A DNA stretch of 64,000 nucleotides from an uncultured delta proteobacterium (GCA_963816395.1 CAWFKQ010000009.1:32001-96000), one strand, 5' to 3'; positions 44,789 through 56,399 are shown, counted from the stretch's first letter. Program-made: numbers and translations. The notes: generated by a model not told the origin, from the sequence alone.

Positions 44789-47700
44789 CTAAAGAAAGGC
44801 TTGCAATTCTTTTCTGGCCGCCTCCAGCGGCTCGTCGCCAGGGAGTCGGCCCAGATTCACCGACAGCCGGTAATCGGCTGAAAAAGCGTAGCGCTTCTGC
44901 GGATCCTGCAGTCGGGCGAGAATCTTTTCCGGTGGCACCGGCGTCGTCGCGTTGAAGGTGAAAGCCAGTTGACGGCCATCGTATTCGGCCATTTCCACCT
45001 TGAGGCGTTTCATCAGCACCCGCAGCTTCATCACTTCAAGCAGCCGGATGGCCGGCTCGGGGATCTCGCCGTAGCGGTCGCGCAGCTCATCGGCCAGCAG
45101 ATAAATGGTCTCATCGTTCTCGGCGGCGGCCAGCCGCTTGTAGAGCACCAGCCGCTGATTGGGGTCGGGAACATACTTCTCCGGCAGAAAGGCGGAAAGG
45201 CCAAGGCGGATCTCCGGGTCGATGTGGTCCTCTTGCGCCAGCCCCTGCAGCTCATGAATGGTCTCCTCCAGCAGCTCGGCATACATCTCGAAACCGATGG
45301 CGGCGATCTGCCCCGACTGGTTGCCCCCCAGCAGATCTCCGGCGCCGCGCAGCTCCAGATCGTGGCTGGCAATGCGGAAACCGGTCCCCAGCTCGGTCAG
45401 CTCCTGCAGTACCCGCAGGCGCTCACGGGCTTCGCGGGTCAGGGTTCCCTCGCCGGGGATCAGCAGATAAGCGTAAGCCCGCCGGTCGGAGCGCCCGACG
45501 CGGCCGCGCAGCTGGTAGAGCTGAGCCAGGCCGAAGCAGTCGGCGCGGTTGATGATGATGGTGTTGGCGCGCGGGATGTCCAGGCCGTTCTCGATGATGG
45601 TGCTGCAGACCAGGACATTGCTCTTCCCCTCCATGAAATCGAGCATCACGTCTTCCAGCGCCCGCTCCCCCATCTGCCCGTGCCCGACGGCGACCTTCGC
45701 TTCCGGCACCAGCCGCTGGACGAATTCGGCCATGGCGCCGATCGACTGCACCCGGTTATGGACGAAGAAAACCTGGCCGCCGCGGCGCAGCTCGCGCAGA
45801 ACGGCCTCACGGATCAGGTCGTCGTCGAAGCGGGTGACGTAGGTGCGGATGGCCAGCCGGTCAACCGGCGGGGTATCGATAACCGAGAGGCTGCGCAGCC
45901 CCATCATGGCCATGTGCAGGGTGCGGGGGATGGGGGTGGCGGTGAGGGTCAGCATGTCCACCTCGGCACGCAGCTTCTTCAGCCTCTCCTTGTGGCTGAC
46001 TCCGAAGCGCTGCTCTTCATCGACGATCACCAGCCCCAGGTTCCTGAATTTCACGTCACGCTGCAGCAGGCGGTGGGTGCCGATAAGAACATCCACCTTG
46101 CCCTCGGCGGTACGCGCCAGTATCTCCTTCTGCTCGGCCGGGGTCCGAAAGCGGGAAACCATTTCGACTTCCACCGGGTAGCTCTGGAAACGGCTGCGGA
46201 ATGTTTCCCAATGTTGCCGGGCGAGGATCGTGGTGGGGACCAGTACGGCGACCTGCCGGCCATCGAGCGCCGCCTTGAAGGCGGCGCGGATCGCCACCTC
46301 CGTCTTGCCGAAACCGACATCCCCGCAGATCAGCCGATCCATCGGCCGCTCCGACTCCATCTCCGCCAGTACTTCCTCGATGGCCGTTTGCTGATCGGGG
46401 GTCTCTTCGTAGGGAAAGGAGGCTTCGAACTCGCGGAACAGCCGGTCGGGGGGGGAATAGCGGAAACCGGCCGCCATTTCCCGCCGGGCATAGATCTTGA
46501 GCAGCTCCCGGGCCAGCTCCTCGACCGCCGCCCGGGCACGCAGCTTCGCCTTCTCCCAACCGGCGCCCCCCATCTTGTCCAGACGCGGGGCATGCCCCTC
46601 GCCGCCGACATACTTCTGCACCTTCTCGATGCGCTCCACCGGCAGATAGAGACGGTCCTCGCCGGCGTATTCCAGGTGCAGGAAATCTCCCTCCACATTT
46701 CCCATCTGCAGGTGCAGCAGGCCACGGTAGCGGGCGATGCCATGATCGGCATGCACGACATAATCTCCCTCCTTGAGCTCCGCCAGGGAGGAAAGCAGGG
46801 CACGCGCACGCGCCTCGCCCACGCCGCGCCGCCGTACCCGGCGACCGAAGATCTCCTCCTCCGTAACCACCGCCAGTTTCTCATCGGGGAGACGGAAGCC
46901 GGCGCCGAGTTCCCCCAACACCAGGCGCAAATCCCCAGGCCGCATTCCCTTCAGGTCAGCCACCGGCTCGAAAGCCGGGGCCAGGGCATACGGCGCCAGC
47001 AGGTCCAGAAGGCGTTCGGCCTGGCCACGTTGGTGGCAGACCAGAAGGGTCTGCCAGCCGTCCTGCCGCCACCGCCGCAGGCGGCCGGCGATCTGGGCCA
47101 TCCCGCCATCCTCTCCTCCGACGTCGGCCCGCAGGTCGCCGTTTCCCTCGGCCCGGAAACGGAAGGTCTGCCGGTCGGATTCCAGGCGATAAACCTGCAG
47201 AGCGGAAAGATCGATCCGCCGGCGGGCAGCTAATTCACCCTCGAGGGTTTTCGGCTCCAGATACAGGTCGGCGGCCGCGACGAACGGCTCCCCACGACCC
47301 GCGGCCCGTTTCTCCCCCTCCCGGATCTCGGCAGCGAATCGGTCGGCTTCCTGTTCCACGGCGGGCGGATCGAGCATCGCCCAGGTGCCGGCCGCGGCGT
47401 AAGCAAAAAAAGGATCGAGTCGCTCGTAGTTGAGGGGAAGGAGAAAAACCCGGCCGGGAGCGAGCAGCCCCTCGCGGGCCTCCTCGAGGAGCGCTTCCCG
47501 CTGCGGGCGGGCGATCTCCAGGGCATCACAGCGGTCTTTCAAACGACGGGCGAAGGTCTCCAGGTGTTCACCGGCGAGGATCATCTCCCGCGCCGGCAAC
47601 AGCACCAGGTCGGTCAGCTCCTCGCCGCCGGTGCGCTGGCTGAGCGGATCGAAGGGTCGCATCCGCTCGATCCAGTCGCCGAAAAACTCGATCCGCACCG

Positions 47701-48274
47701 GCTGACTGCCGGTTGGCGGGAAAAGGTCGAGAATATCGCCGCGAAGAGAGAAGGTGCCGCGGTCTTCCACCAGGGGCACGGCCTGATAACCGAGTGCCTG
47801 CAATCGGGCCAGCAGCTCCGGGCGCGGGTATTCCTCTTCGGCCGTCAAGCGGCCGCCCAGCTCGGCCAGGACCTGGCGGGGAATGACCCGCTGCATCAGG
47901 GCACGCACACTCAGCACCACCGCGCGCGCCCGCCCCTCGTTTAGAGCGGCGAGGGCGGCCAGGCGAGCGGCCTCGACCTCCGGATGAGGCATGAGTGGAT
48001 CGTAGGGACGAATTTCCCAGTTGGGAAAAAAGAATATCTCTTCCGACCGCCCGTGGTAAAAGGCAAGATCGACGGCAAACTGTTCCGCCTGCCGGTTGTC
48101 GGCGGCCACTATCAGCAGCGGCTCCCGCCGCGCCGCCAGCACTCCGGCGAGCAAGTGGGCGCCGGCCGAGCCGACCAGGCCGAGAACCTCGCTATGGGAA
48201 GCAGCCTGGACTCCGGTCAGAAACGAGCGCCGGGTGGCGTGGGTGATTTCGGGCTGCTGGATCTCGTATTCCAT
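44789..48274 (-). CDS. mfd: Transcription-repair coupling factor
   Basis: RGDILD, GDYVVHADHGIARY, CGDVGFGKTEVA, DEEQRFGV, QLRGRVGRS. Confidence 0.97.
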   Translation of the reverse strand: MEYEIQQPEITHATRRSFLTGVQAASHSEVLGLVGSAGAHLLAGVLAARREPLLIVAADNRQAEQFAVDLAFYHGRSEEIFFFPNWEIRPYDPLMPHPEVEAARLAALAALNEGRARAVVLSVRALMQRVIPRQVLAELGGRLTAEEEYPRPELLARLQALGYQAVPLVEDRGTFSLRGDILDLFPPTGSQPVRIEFFGDWIERMRPFDPLSQRTGGEELTDLVLLPAREMILAGEHLETFARRLKDRCDALEIARPQREALLEEAREGLLAPGRVFLLPLNYERLDPFFAYAAAGTWAMLDPPAVEQEADRFAAEIREGEKRAAGRGEPFVAAADLYLEPKTLEGELAARRRIDLSALQVYRLESDRQTFRFRAEGNGDLRADVGGEDGGMAQIAGRLRRWRQDGWQTLLVCHQRGQAERLLDLLAPYALAPAFEPVADLKGMRPGDLRLVLGELGAGFRLPDEKLAVVTEEEIFGRRVRRRGVGEARARALLSSLAELKEGDYVVHADHGIARYRGLLHLQMGNVEGDFLHLEYAGEDRLYLPVERIEKVQKYVGGEGHAPRLDKMGGAGWEKAKLRARAAVEELARELLKIYARREMAAGFRYSPPDRLFREFEASFPYEETPDQQTAIEEVLAEMESERPMDRLICGDVGFGKTEVAIRAAFKAALDGRQVAVLVPTTILARQHWETFRSRFQSYPVEVEMVSRFRTPAEQKEILARTAEGKVDVLIGTHRLLQRDVKFRNLGLVIVDEEQRFGVSHKERLKKLRAEVDMLTLTATPIPRTLHMAMMGLRSLSVIDTPPVDRLAIRTYVTRFDDDLIREAVLRELRRGGQVFFVHNRVQSIGAMAEFVQRLVPEAKVAVGHGQMGERALEDVMLDFMEGKSNVLVCSTIIENGLDIPRANTIIINRADCFGLAQLYQLRGRVGRSDRRAYAYLLIPGEGTLTREARERLRVLQELTELGTGFRIASHDLELRGAGDLLGGNQSGQIAAIGFEMYAELLEETIHELQGLAQEDHIDPEIRLGLSAFLPEKYVPDPNQRLVLYKRLAAAENDETIYLLADELRDRYGEIPEPAIRLLEVMKLRVLMKRLKVEMAEYDGRQLAFTFNATTPVPPEKILARLQDPQKRYAFSADYRLSVNLGRLPGDEPLEAARKELQAFL

Positions 48275-48384
48275 AGTAGGCAGGAGAGGGGGGTTGCCTT
48301 CAGGACGGTTGGCGGTTGGCTGGCGAACCGGTGCTCCCGGCGCTGTGACCGAGGAAACGGGGCAAGCTGCACGTTGCGGTCACT

Positions 48385-49308
48385 TCATCCTTCCTGGTCG
48401 CGCGGCACCGCCAGCATCCGCTCCAGGGCGGTCCGGGCAGCCTCCCGGGTTTCGCCCGCTACCGTAATCTCCGGGCTCATCGTTTGCAGGCTCTTCAGCA
48501 CATCCTCCAAGGAGGTCAGCTTCATGTTGGGACAGATGAGGCGGGAGGAGGGAAGGATGAACTCCTTCTCCGGATTTTCCTTGCGCAGCCGGTAAAGAAT
48601 TCCCGCCTCGGTGCCGACGATAAACCGGCGGGCCGGGCTTTGCCGGGCGAACTCGTACATGCCGCTGGTGGAGGTAATATGGTGGGCCAGGGCGAGGATC
48701 TCCGGAGGGCACTCGGGGTGGGCCAGGAACAGAGCGTCACGATTCTCGGCGAGCGCCCGCTCCACGTCCGCCACCTCCAACCGGTCGTGGGTGGGGCAGT
48801 ACCCGGGCCAGAGATGACAGAGCTTGTCGGTATGGGCGGCGATGTAACGGCCAAGGTTGCGATCGGGGACGAGGAGCACCTCCGGCGTCGGCACCGAGTT
48901 GACCACCCGCACAGCGTTGGCGCTGGTGCAGCAGATATCGCTCTCGGCTTTAACGGCAGCGCTCGAATTGACATAGGTGACCACTGTCGCCCCCGGGTGC
49001 CGGGCCTTCATCTCCCGCAAGCCCTCCGGGGTGACCATGTCCGCCATCGGACAGCCGGCGTCCGGGCGGGGAAGCAGAACAATCTTGTCGGGAGCGAGAA
49101 TGGCAGCGCTCTCGGCCATGAAATGCACCCCGCAGAAGACGATCACTTCCCGGTCCGTACCGGCCGCTGCCATCGACAGGCCAAGGGAATCCCCGGTCAG
49201 ATCGGCTATTTCCTGGATTTCGTCCCGCTGGTAATTGTGCGCCAGCAGAAGGGCGTTGCGCTCCCTCGCCAGGCGGCGGATTTCCTGCTTGATCTCTTCC
49301 TGCGGCAT
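48385..49308 (-). CDS. nadA: Quinolinate synthase A
   Basis: [37 protein letters not shown]. Confidence 0.96.
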   Translation of the reverse strand: MPQEEIKQEIRRLARERNALLLAHNYQRDEIQEIADLTGDSLGLSMAAAGTDREVIVFCGVHFMAESAAILAPDKIVLLPRPDAGCPMADMVTPEGLREMKARHPGATVVTYVNSSAAVKAESDICCTSANAVRVVNSVPTPEVLLVPDRNLGRYIAAHTDKLCHLWPGYCPTHDRLEVADVERALAENRDALFLAHPECPPEILALAHHITSTSGMYEFARQSPARRFIVGTEAGILYRLRKENPEKEFILPSSRLICPNMKLTSLEDVLKSLQTMSPEITVAGETREAARTALERMLAVPRDQEG

Positions 49309-49452
49309 ATGAGTTCCTTCCGGTCTGCAAAATCTGCCCAATAGTAGTTTAAAACCCTATATATGTCAAACCCTTATCTGCTCGCGGGGGCTGCTTGACA
49401 GGGGCTGGGAATGGGGCTATGCTGACATCCACTCTTTCCCTGTGAGGTTTCC

Positions 49453-49779
49453 ATGTTCGGTATCGGCATGCCGGAACTGCTGCTTATTCTGGCCCTGGCC
49501 TTGATCGTCATCGGGCCGAAAAAACTTCCGGACCTCGCCCGCGCCCTCGGGCGGGGGATGGCTGAGTTTCGGCGCGCCACCGATGAGTTGAAATCTTCTT
49601 TCCAGGAAGAGTCACGTAATGCCACCCGTGACCGGCTGATCAAGGAAGGGAAGATCCGTCCACCGGGAGCCGAACCGGCCACCGAACCGATGGAAGCGGG
49701 GGTGCCGCAGGCAGGTGCCGCGCCGGCTGCATCACCTGCCGTTGCCGATGTCGATGTGGACCAGAGCACCCATGAGTAA
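49453..49779 (+). CDS. tatB: Twin-arginine translocase TatB/TatA subunit
   Basis: [24 protein letters not shown]. Confidence 0.88.
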   Translation: MFGIGMPELLLILALALIVIGPKKLPDLARALGRGMAEFRRATDELKSSFQEESRNATRDRLIKEGKIRPPGAEPATEPMEAGVPQAGAAPAASPAVADVDVDQSTHE

Positions 49780-50539
49780 CGAGCAGGCCCCCATCACCAC
49801 GCACCTGGAGGAATTGCGGCGCCGACTGATCATCGCCGGCGGTGCCTGGCTGGTTGGCTTTATTGCCTGCTACAGCTATGCCGAGCGGCTCTTTCACCTT
49901 ATTGCCGATCCGGTGCGAACCGCCCTGCCGGAAGGCAGTTCCCTGGTTTTCATCAATGCCACCGAGCCGTTTTTCACCTATCTGAAGGTCGGCGCCATCG
50001 CCGGCTTGCTGCTCGCCCTGCCGGTCATTCTCTGGGAGCTCTGGGCCTTTGTCGCCCCAGGCCTCTATGCCAAAGAGAAACGGTTCGCCATCCCTTTCGT
50101 CTTCGCCAGCTGTCTCTGCTTCGTCGCCGGCACTTTCTTCGGTTTCCGCTACGTATTTCCCGCTATCTTCACCTTCCTGGTGAAGTACGGCACCGGCAGC
50201 GGCGAGATCTCCGCCATGCTGTCCATGGGGGCTTATCTCTCCCTGTCCAGCAAGCTTCTGCTCGCCTTCGGGCTGGTGTTCGAGTTGCCGGTGATCATCT
50301 TTTTCTGCGCCAGAATGGGGATCGTCGATCACCTCTGGCTGCGCCGGCAGCGCAAGTACATGCTGATCATCGCCTTTGTCGTCGGGGCGATCCTCACCCC
50401 TCCGGACGTCTTCTCCCAGACCGCCCTCGCCATCCCTTTCATTCTTCTCTACGAAATCGGCATCTGGGTGGCTTTCTTCTTCGGCAAGCGCAAACCCGCC
50501 GCGTCCGGAGAGGAGACGGAGGCGGCCGCCGCCGAATAG
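49772..50539 (+). CDS. tatC: Twin-arginine translocase TatC
   Basis: [28 protein letters not shown]. Confidence 0.95.
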   Translation: MSNEQAPITTHLEELRRRLIIAGGAWLVGFIACYSYAERLFHLIADPVRTALPEGSSLVFINATEPFFTYLKVGAIAGLLLALPVILWELWAFVAPGLYAKEKRFAIPFVFASCLCFVAGTFFGFRYVFPAIFTFLVKYGTGSGEISAMLSMGAYLSLSSKLLLAFGLVFELPVIIFFCARMGIVDHLWLRRQRKYMLIIAFVVGAILTPPDVFSQTALAIPFILLYEIGIWVAFFFGKRKPAASGEETEAAAAE

Positions 50540-50630
50540 ACCATACCGTCGCAACCTCCTGGCATCCCGGCCCGGTTCCGCTATGCTTGGCACGGGCAAC
50601 TCTCCGGCAGCCGGTCGCCTCTAACCTGAA

Positions 50631-51575
50631 TTGGCCATGACTCCTGCCCTGCGCCTCAGCCACCTGCACAAAAGCTTCGGCGGACCGCCGGCAGTGAAGG
50701 ACCTTTCCTTCGAAATCGCGCCGGGAGAGATCTTCGGCCTGCTCGGACCAAACGGGGCCGGCAAAAGCACCTCCATCAATATGGTCGCGGGGGTCACCCG
50801 CATCGGCGGCGGCCATATTGAAGTTTTCGGCTATGACAACCGTCGTGATTACCGCATCACCCGCCGGCTGATCGGGGTGATGCACCAGGAGATCGTCACC
50901 GATCACTTCTTCACCATTGACCGCACGCTGAAGATCCACTCCGGTTATTACGGCGCTCCCGGCGATGCCGCCTGGCGGGAACTGCTCATCGAACGGCTCG
51001 GTCTCGGTCCGCACCTGCACAAATCAATGAACAAGCTCTCCGGGGGACTTAAACGCCGCCTGATGGTGGCTAAGGCGATGATCCACAAGCCCCGCCTGCT
51101 GATTCTCGATGAACCGACCGCTGGGGTCGATGTGGAATTGCGTCACTCGCTCTGGGAGTTCGTACGGGAGATCAACCGGGAGGGGACCACGGTTCTGCTC
51201 ACGACTCATTACCTGGAGGAAGCCGAGCAGATGTGCGGACGAATCGCCATCATGAACCATGGCGAACTGATTGCCCTGGAGCCCACCTCCGCCTTGCTCG
51301 ACCGCTTGCGCGAACCGACTCTGGAATTGCAGCTGTCCCGCCCGCTGCCAAGCCTGCCGGCCGAACTCGCCGCCTTCGGCGCCCGCCTGGCAGAGGGGGG
51401 GACCCAGCTCACCCTCAATCTCCCCCGGGGGGCGCGCGCCGGCGAGGCGCTCGGCCTTTTGTGCCGCCTGGAACTGCCTGTGACCGGCATCGAAACCCGC
51501 AAGCCCGGGCTGGAGGAGATTTTTCTCGAACTCACCGGGATGAATCGGCGCTCGCGGCGCAACGGTGCCTCATGA
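50631..51575 (+). CDS. ABC transporter ATP-binding protein (YadG-like)
   Basis: GPNGAGKST, LSGGLKRR, LDEPTAGVD, TTHYLEEAE. Confidence 0.92.
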   Translation: MAMTPALRLSHLHKSFGGPPAVKDLSFEIAPGEIFGLLGPNGAGKSTSINMVAGVTRIGGGHIEVFGYDNRRDYRITRRLIGVMHQEIVTDHFFTIDRTLKIHSGYYGAPGDAAWRELLIERLGLGPHLHKSMNKLSGGLKRRLMVAKAMIHKPRLLILDEPTAGVDVELRHSLWEFVREINREGTTVLLTTHYLEEAEQMCGRIAIMNHGELIALEPTSALLDRLREPTLELQLSRPLPSLPAELAAFGARLAEGGTQLTLNLPRGARAGEALGLLCRLELPVTGIETRKPGLEEIFLELTGMNRRSRRNGAS

Positions 51576-52360
51576 GAGAGGACCGACTGCCCCCTTTTTA
51601 CCCCTGGCTGCCCTTCTTAACCCTGTTGCAGCGGGAGGTTCTGCGTTTTCTACGGGTCTCGGTGCAGACCTTGATCACGCCAATCATTACCGCCTCCCTC
51701 TACCTGTTCGTCTTCGGTGCAACTCTCGGCGGCCGGCTCAGCGTGGTGCCGGGATTCTCCTATGCTCAGTTCGTCATTCCGGGCCTCGTCCTCATGGGGG
51801 TAATCAACAACTCTTTCGCCAATGCCTCCTCTTCCCTGTTCATGTCCCGTTACCTGGGACAGATCGTCGACCTGCTGGTAACGCCCCTTACTCCCCCTCA
51901 ATTTATCTTTGCCTATACCATCGCCTCGATGCTCCGGGGCCTGGCCGTCGGCGTGGCGGTTACCCTGATTTCCCTTTTCTTCGCCCCTCTCCCCTGGGTG
52001 CATCCGCTCCTTACCATTCTGATGGCCGGCCTCGCCAGCTTTCTTTTCGCCCAACTTGGCCTGATTGCCGCCATTTACTCCAACACCTTCGATGCTCTCT
52101 CCATGTACAGCAACTTCATCCTGCTGCCTCTGATCTACCTGGGGGGAGTCTTCTATCCAATATCCATCCTGCCCTCCTTCTGGTCCGGTCTTTCCCGCTT
52201 CAATCCGCTACTCTACCTTATCGACGGCTTTCGCCATGCGATTCTCGGCACCGGCGATATCCCTCTGCCGGTTTCCTTCGGAGTGACTGGCGGCCTCGCC
52301 ATCGGGCTGTTTATCTGGGCGGCGATGCTGATCGCCACCGGCCACAAGCTTCGCTCCTGA
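51572..52360 (+). CDS. ABC-2 type permease (YadH-like)
   Basis: REVLRFLRV..QTL..P, YAQFVIPGL, YLGGVFY, NPLLYLIDGFR. Confidence 0.9.
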   Translation: MREDRLPPFYPWLPFLTLLQREVLRFLRVSVQTLITPIITASLYLFVFGATLGGRLSVVPGFSYAQFVIPGLVLMGVINNSFANASSSLFMSRYLGQIVDLLVTPLTPPQFIFAYTIASMLRGLAVGVAVTLISLFFAPLPWVHPLLTILMAGLASFLFAQLGLIAAIYSNTFDALSMYSNFILLPLIYLGGVFYPISILPSFWSGLSRFNPLLYLIDGFRHAILGTGDIPLPVSFGVTGGLAIGLFIWAAMLIATGHKLRS

Positions 52361-52445
52361 CCTGAATCCGCTCAAACCCACTAAAAGAAAAGGCGCCTCC
52401 CCGAAAGGAAGCGCCAGCGCCCGAACGGATCGGCTGCGGAATTAT

Positions 52446-53012
52446 TCAGAAACGGGCCTGAAAACCGATCCGCAGGCCATCGTCGATGGTCCAGTTGCCA
52501 TAATCATCGAATTTGGTCCGGATATTCTGGTACTCAAGCATGACGCGCACCCTGGGAGTGACCGAGTAAGCCACCCCCAGGCCTGTCTCAAGCAGCCGCT
52601 CGGCATCGATCAGCGTAAATATCTTCGGCGCGTAGATGATTTTGCCGGTTACCCCGAAACCGCCCAGGGCCGGCGGATAATACTCGGTTCGGCCACCGAT
52701 CCCGAGGGCCAGCAGGTCCTGCCCGCGGTGTGTGCGTCCACCATACAACTGCGCCCCGATTCCCAGCTCCAATCCCGGCACGTTCCCCGGTTCACCGATG
52801 AAATCGAAGCCGGCCGAGCCGAGGCGCGTTTTCTCATCCGCATTGTAAAGCAAACGAGCATGCACCACCGAACGCCCGAGAGCATCCTCCACCAGGGGAT
52901 GCCGGTAGCCGACCTGGGCGCTTGAATCGTTGAAGCTCAGGTCAAGGGAATCGGCCTCCGCCTGGATCGCCACCAAACTGATACACAGTGCCAACCAGAT
53001 CCATCTTTTCAT
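52446..53012 (-). CDS. YfaZ-like outer-membrane beta-barrel protein
   Basis: Signal peptide, amphipathic strands, YAPKIFT, C-terminal Phe. Confidence 0.7.
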   Translation of the reverse strand: MKRWIWLALCISLVAIQAEADSLDLSFNDSSAQVGYRHPLVEDALGRSVVHARLLYNADEKTRLGSAGFDFIGEPGNVPGLELGIGAQLYGGRTHRGQDLLALGIGGRTEYYPPALGGFGVTGKIIYAPKIFTLIDAERLLETGLGVAYSVTPRVRVMLEYQNIRTKFDDYGNWTIDDGLRIGFQARF

Positions 53013-53246
53013 TTCCTTCCTCCAGTGCAGTTCATTGTTTTCTTCCGGCTAGCGCCGGACTTATCGCAATATGGCACAACCATCCGAACCGGTGCAAGGC
53101 TTGCGCGCCCACGATGCGTCGGAGGACCGTCGCGGCTGGGGCCCGCGAGGGACCTGGGGCAAGGATGAGGGCCCCGCCGTGAGCACGAAAAAGGCCCGTC
53201 CGGGAAGCGACGGGCCTTGCATCAGATATCGAGCAGAGACAGAAGA

Positions 53247-53957
53247 TCAGATATCGATCATGCGCCGCAGGACGGAATGCTCTATCCGCCGACCTTCCTC
53301 GCGAGCCATACTCTGGATCAACACCTGTCCGCCGTAAGCGGCGGACTTGCTGACCAGCTTGTCCGCCTTTTCCGAGTCATGTTCCTTAAAGGCCTGGATG
53401 ATCTTCCGGTGCTCCTGCACCGAGATTTCCATGCGCCCGGGAAGGGAAAGAGAGGCCATGCGCAGACGGTTGAATTTCATCATCAACTGACCGATCAGCT
53501 CCAGCAGCTTCTCATTGCCGGCCGCCCGGATGAACAACTCGTGAAATTCATTATGCACGCGGAAGAAGGTTTTCACGTCTCCCTCCCGGGCCAATTGCTC
53601 CAGGCGATCGTTGATTGCCCCCAGGCGCTCCAGATCTTTTTCGCTCAGCTGCGCCGCCGCGATGCGAGCGGCGTATCCCTCCAGGATACTCTTGATGGCG
53701 TAGAATTCTTCGACATCGCGTTCGGATAGGGAGGTCACCACCGCGCCTTTGCGTGGGATGACCGTCAGGTAACCTTCCGACTCCAGCTGGCGAAAGGCCT
53801 CGCGAATAGGGGTGCGGCTGATGCCGAAGCGATCGGCCAACTCCGGTTCGGCCACTTTTTCACCGGCCTTGAGGGTTCCCTTTAAGATCGCTTCCCGGAT
53901 CGTCTCCAGGATTTTTTCCCGCAAAGTCTGGTGACGTTCGATCGGTTTTCTTTTCAC
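53247..53957 (-). CDS. GntR (FCD) family transcriptional regulator
   Basis: ELADRFGISRTPIREAFRQLESEG HTH; HNEFH, EHRKII. Confidence 0.92.
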   Translation of the reverse strand: MKRKPIERHQTLREKILETIREAILKGTLKAGEKVAEPELADRFGISRTPIREAFRQLESEGYLTVIPRKGAVVTSLSERDVEEFYAIKSILEGYAARIAAAQLSEKDLERLGAINDRLEQLAREGDVKTFFRVHNEFHELFIRAAGNEKLLELIGQLMMKFNRLRMASLSLPGRMEISVQEHRKIIQAFKEHDSEKADKLVSKSAAYGGQVLIQSMAREEGRRIEHSVLRRMIDI

Positions 53958-53997
53958 TGGAATCGCTCCATTGCATTAGGAAGGCAAGCCCATCACA

Positions 53998-54014
53998 TTG
54001 TATACAGTATACAG
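53998..54014. promoter_or_regulatory. Tandem GTATAC operator upstream of gntR
   Basis: TTGTATACAGTATACAG; same 14-mer at 63231. Confidence 0.65.
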
Positions 54015-54125
54015 GCAAAGTCAAGTTTTTTCTCCCCTAGGTCATCTCCGCAAGTACCTATATATCCTTGCCTTTTTCACGATTTCACAGCTATCATCCG
54101 GGTATTTGAGGCTTCCGGAGCCGGC

Positions 54126-55130
54126 ATGAATCCCCTTCGTCAACTGCGCTTTTCACTCCTCATCCTGGTCCTCGTCATCGCCATCGGGACGGCCGGATAC
54201 ACCGCCATTGAGGGTTGGTCGTTATTAGATTCCCTCTACATGACGGTCATCACCCTGTCCACGGTCGGCTTTCGGGAGGTGCATGACCTTTCCCCGATAG
54301 GCAAGGTCTTCACCATCGTGATCATCATCTTCGGGGCCGGAATCATTGCCTACACCATCGGCAGCCTGGTGCAGTTCATGCTCGAAGGGCAGTTGCAGGA
54401 AATTCTGGGGAGAAAAAAAGTGGAAAAGCAGATCGACAAGCTTAAGGACCATTTCATCGTCTGCGGTTATGGACGGATCGGCGCTCTCATCAGCAGGGAG
54501 TTTCTCGCCCGGCCCCTTCCTTTCGTCGTCGTGGAGAAGGATTCGGCCCTTTGCGACAGGCTGGCAAACGACAATATTCTCTATGTGCAGGGAGACGCCA
54601 CCGATGATGAGACGCTGATCGCAGCCGGCATCCGGCGGGCTAAGGGGCTGATCACCGCGGTCACCTCCGATACCGAGAACGTTTACATCACCCTCACCGC
54701 CCGCGGTCTGAATCCGGACCTGTTCATTCTCGCCCGCGCCGGCGAGGAAGGCTCGGAGAAGAAGCTGCGGCGGGCTGGCGCTTCCAAGGTCATTAGCCCG
54801 TACGTCATCGGCGCTACACGCATGGCGCAGGCGGTGTTGCGCCCTTCGGTCGTTGACTTCATCGAAATCGCCACGGCCGGCCAGAACCTGGAGTTGCAAC
54901 TGGAAGAGATCCGGGTCGCCGAGACCTCCCGCCTGGTTGCCAACACTCTGGTCTCTTCCGGCATCCGCCGGGACTGGGGGATCATCATCGTCGGAATCAA
55001 GAAGGGGGATGGGCAGATGCTGTTCAATCCGGCGCCGACGACGGTCATCGAGGCCGGGGACCTTCTCATTACCCTCGGCGAGCAGGCGGCCATCCAAAAC
55101 CTGGAGCGGATCGCCACCCAGGCGGCATGA
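54126..55130 (+). CDS. Potassium channel protein (2TM pore plus RCK domains)
   Basis: TLSTVGF selectivity filter, VCGYGRIG RCK-N, RCK-C. Confidence 0.9.
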   Translation: MNPLRQLRFSLLILVLVIAIGTAGYTAIEGWSLLDSLYMTVITLSTVGFREVHDLSPIGKVFTIVIIIFGAGIIAYTIGSLVQFMLEGQLQEILGRKKVEKQIDKLKDHFIVCGYGRIGALISREFLARPLPFVVVEKDSALCDRLANDNILYVQGDATDDETLIAAGIRRAKGLITAVTSDTENVYITLTARGLNPDLFILARAGEEGSEKKLRRAGASKVISPYVIGATRMAQAVLRPSVVDFIEIATAGQNLELQLEEIRVAETSRLVANTLVSSGIRRDWGIIIVGIKKGDGQMLFNPAPTTVIEAGDLLITLGEQAAIQNLERIATQAA

Positions 55131-55141
55131 CCGACTGAGCT

Positions 55142-56344
55142 TCAGAATCGCGGTTTCCTCTCCAGATCGACCTCCTGCCTGTCTGGGAGCAACGAACCGC
55201 GGCGAACCCCTTTACCGCCGAAGCGCTCATAGAGTCGGTCCACGGCGCGGTCCAGGGCCTCCAAACGATGCCGCTCCCCCACACCGAATAGATCCTGTTG
55301 CCCTTCCTCCAGCGGCTCGAGTTGCGACAGACTTAAACCGAGCAGGCGCACCGACCGGCATCCGGCTTCGGTACGCCCCAGTAATTCTTCCGCCTTGCGG
55401 AAGATTGTCATGGCGTGATCGGTACCGTCCGCCAGGGTCAGACTGCGGCTGACGGTGACGAAGTCGGGGTAGCGTACCTTCAGGGTAAGGCACCGGCCCG
55501 TATGCCCACTGGCGCGCAGACGCCTCGCTACTCGCTCCGCCAGGTCGAGCAGTTGCCGGCGTAGCTCTTCGCCATCACGCAGGTCCCTGGCAAAGGTTTC
55601 CTCATGCCCGATGGATTTGACCGAATCGACCGAGGACACAGGCCGCTCATCTTCCCCACGGGACAGGCGATACAGCTGATCCCCGGTGCTGCCGAAGCGG
55701 CGCACCAGCGTTTCCCGCTCCATCTGCCGCAGATCCGCCACCGTCCGCAGACCCAACTTTTCCAGGCGGGCGGCCATCACTCGTCCGACCCCCCACAGGC
55801 GGGACAACGGCAAAGGGAGGAGGAAATCGTCCAGCCTCTCGGCAGTCACTTCCACCAGGCCATCCGGCTTACCCGCCTCGGAGGCAAGTTTGGCCAGGAA
55901 TTTATTCGGCGCGACCCCGGCGCTTACTGTCAATGCGGTCTCGGCACGCACTTCCCGCCGGATTTTTCCGGCAATGGCGGACCCATCGCCGAACAGTCGC
56001 TGGCTGCCGGTAACATCTAGAAAGGCCTCGTCGATGGAGAGAGGTTCGAGAAGATCGGTGTAACGGGCAAAGATGGCAAAAACCTGGCGTGAAAGCTCCC
56101 GGTAGCGGGCCATGCGCACCGGCAGCACCACCGCCTGGGGGCAGAGACGCACCGCCCGCGCCATCGACATGGCCGAATGAACACCGAAGGTGCGGGCCTC
56201 GTAAGAGCAGGCGCTGACGACACCTCGCTCCATGGCGCCCCCGACGATCACCGGCCGGCCCAGCAGCTCAGGACGGTCCCGCTGTTCGACGGAGGCGTAA
56301 AAAGCGTCCAGGTCAAGATGCAGTATTACCCGTGATTTCACCAT
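55142..56344 (-). CDS. dinB: DNA polymerase IV
   Basis: HLDLDAFYASVE, SYEARTFGV, SIDEAFLD, NKFLAKLAS. Confidence 0.95.
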   Translation of the reverse strand: MVKSRVILHLDLDAFYASVEQRDRPELLGRPVIVGGAMERGVVSACSYEARTFGVHSAMSMARAVRLCPQAVVLPVRMARYRELSRQVFAIFARYTDLLEPLSIDEAFLDVTGSQRLFGDGSAIAGKIRREVRAETALTVSAGVAPNKFLAKLASEAGKPDGLVEVTAERLDDFLLPLPLSRLWGVGRVMAARLEKLGLRTVADLRQMERETLVRRFGSTGDQLYRLSRGEDERPVSSVDSVKSIGHEETFARDLRDGEELRRQLLDLAERVARRLRASGHTGRCLTLKVRYPDFVTVSRSLTLADGTDHAMTIFRKAEELLGRTEAGCRSVRLLGLSLSQLEPLEEGQQDLFGVGERHRLEALDRAVDRLYERFGGKGVRRGSLLPDRQEVDLERKPRF

Positions 56345-56399
56345 TTATGTTTCCCCGCTGCACCCCTAACCGCTTGACCTTTCCCTGGGCTTATGTTAA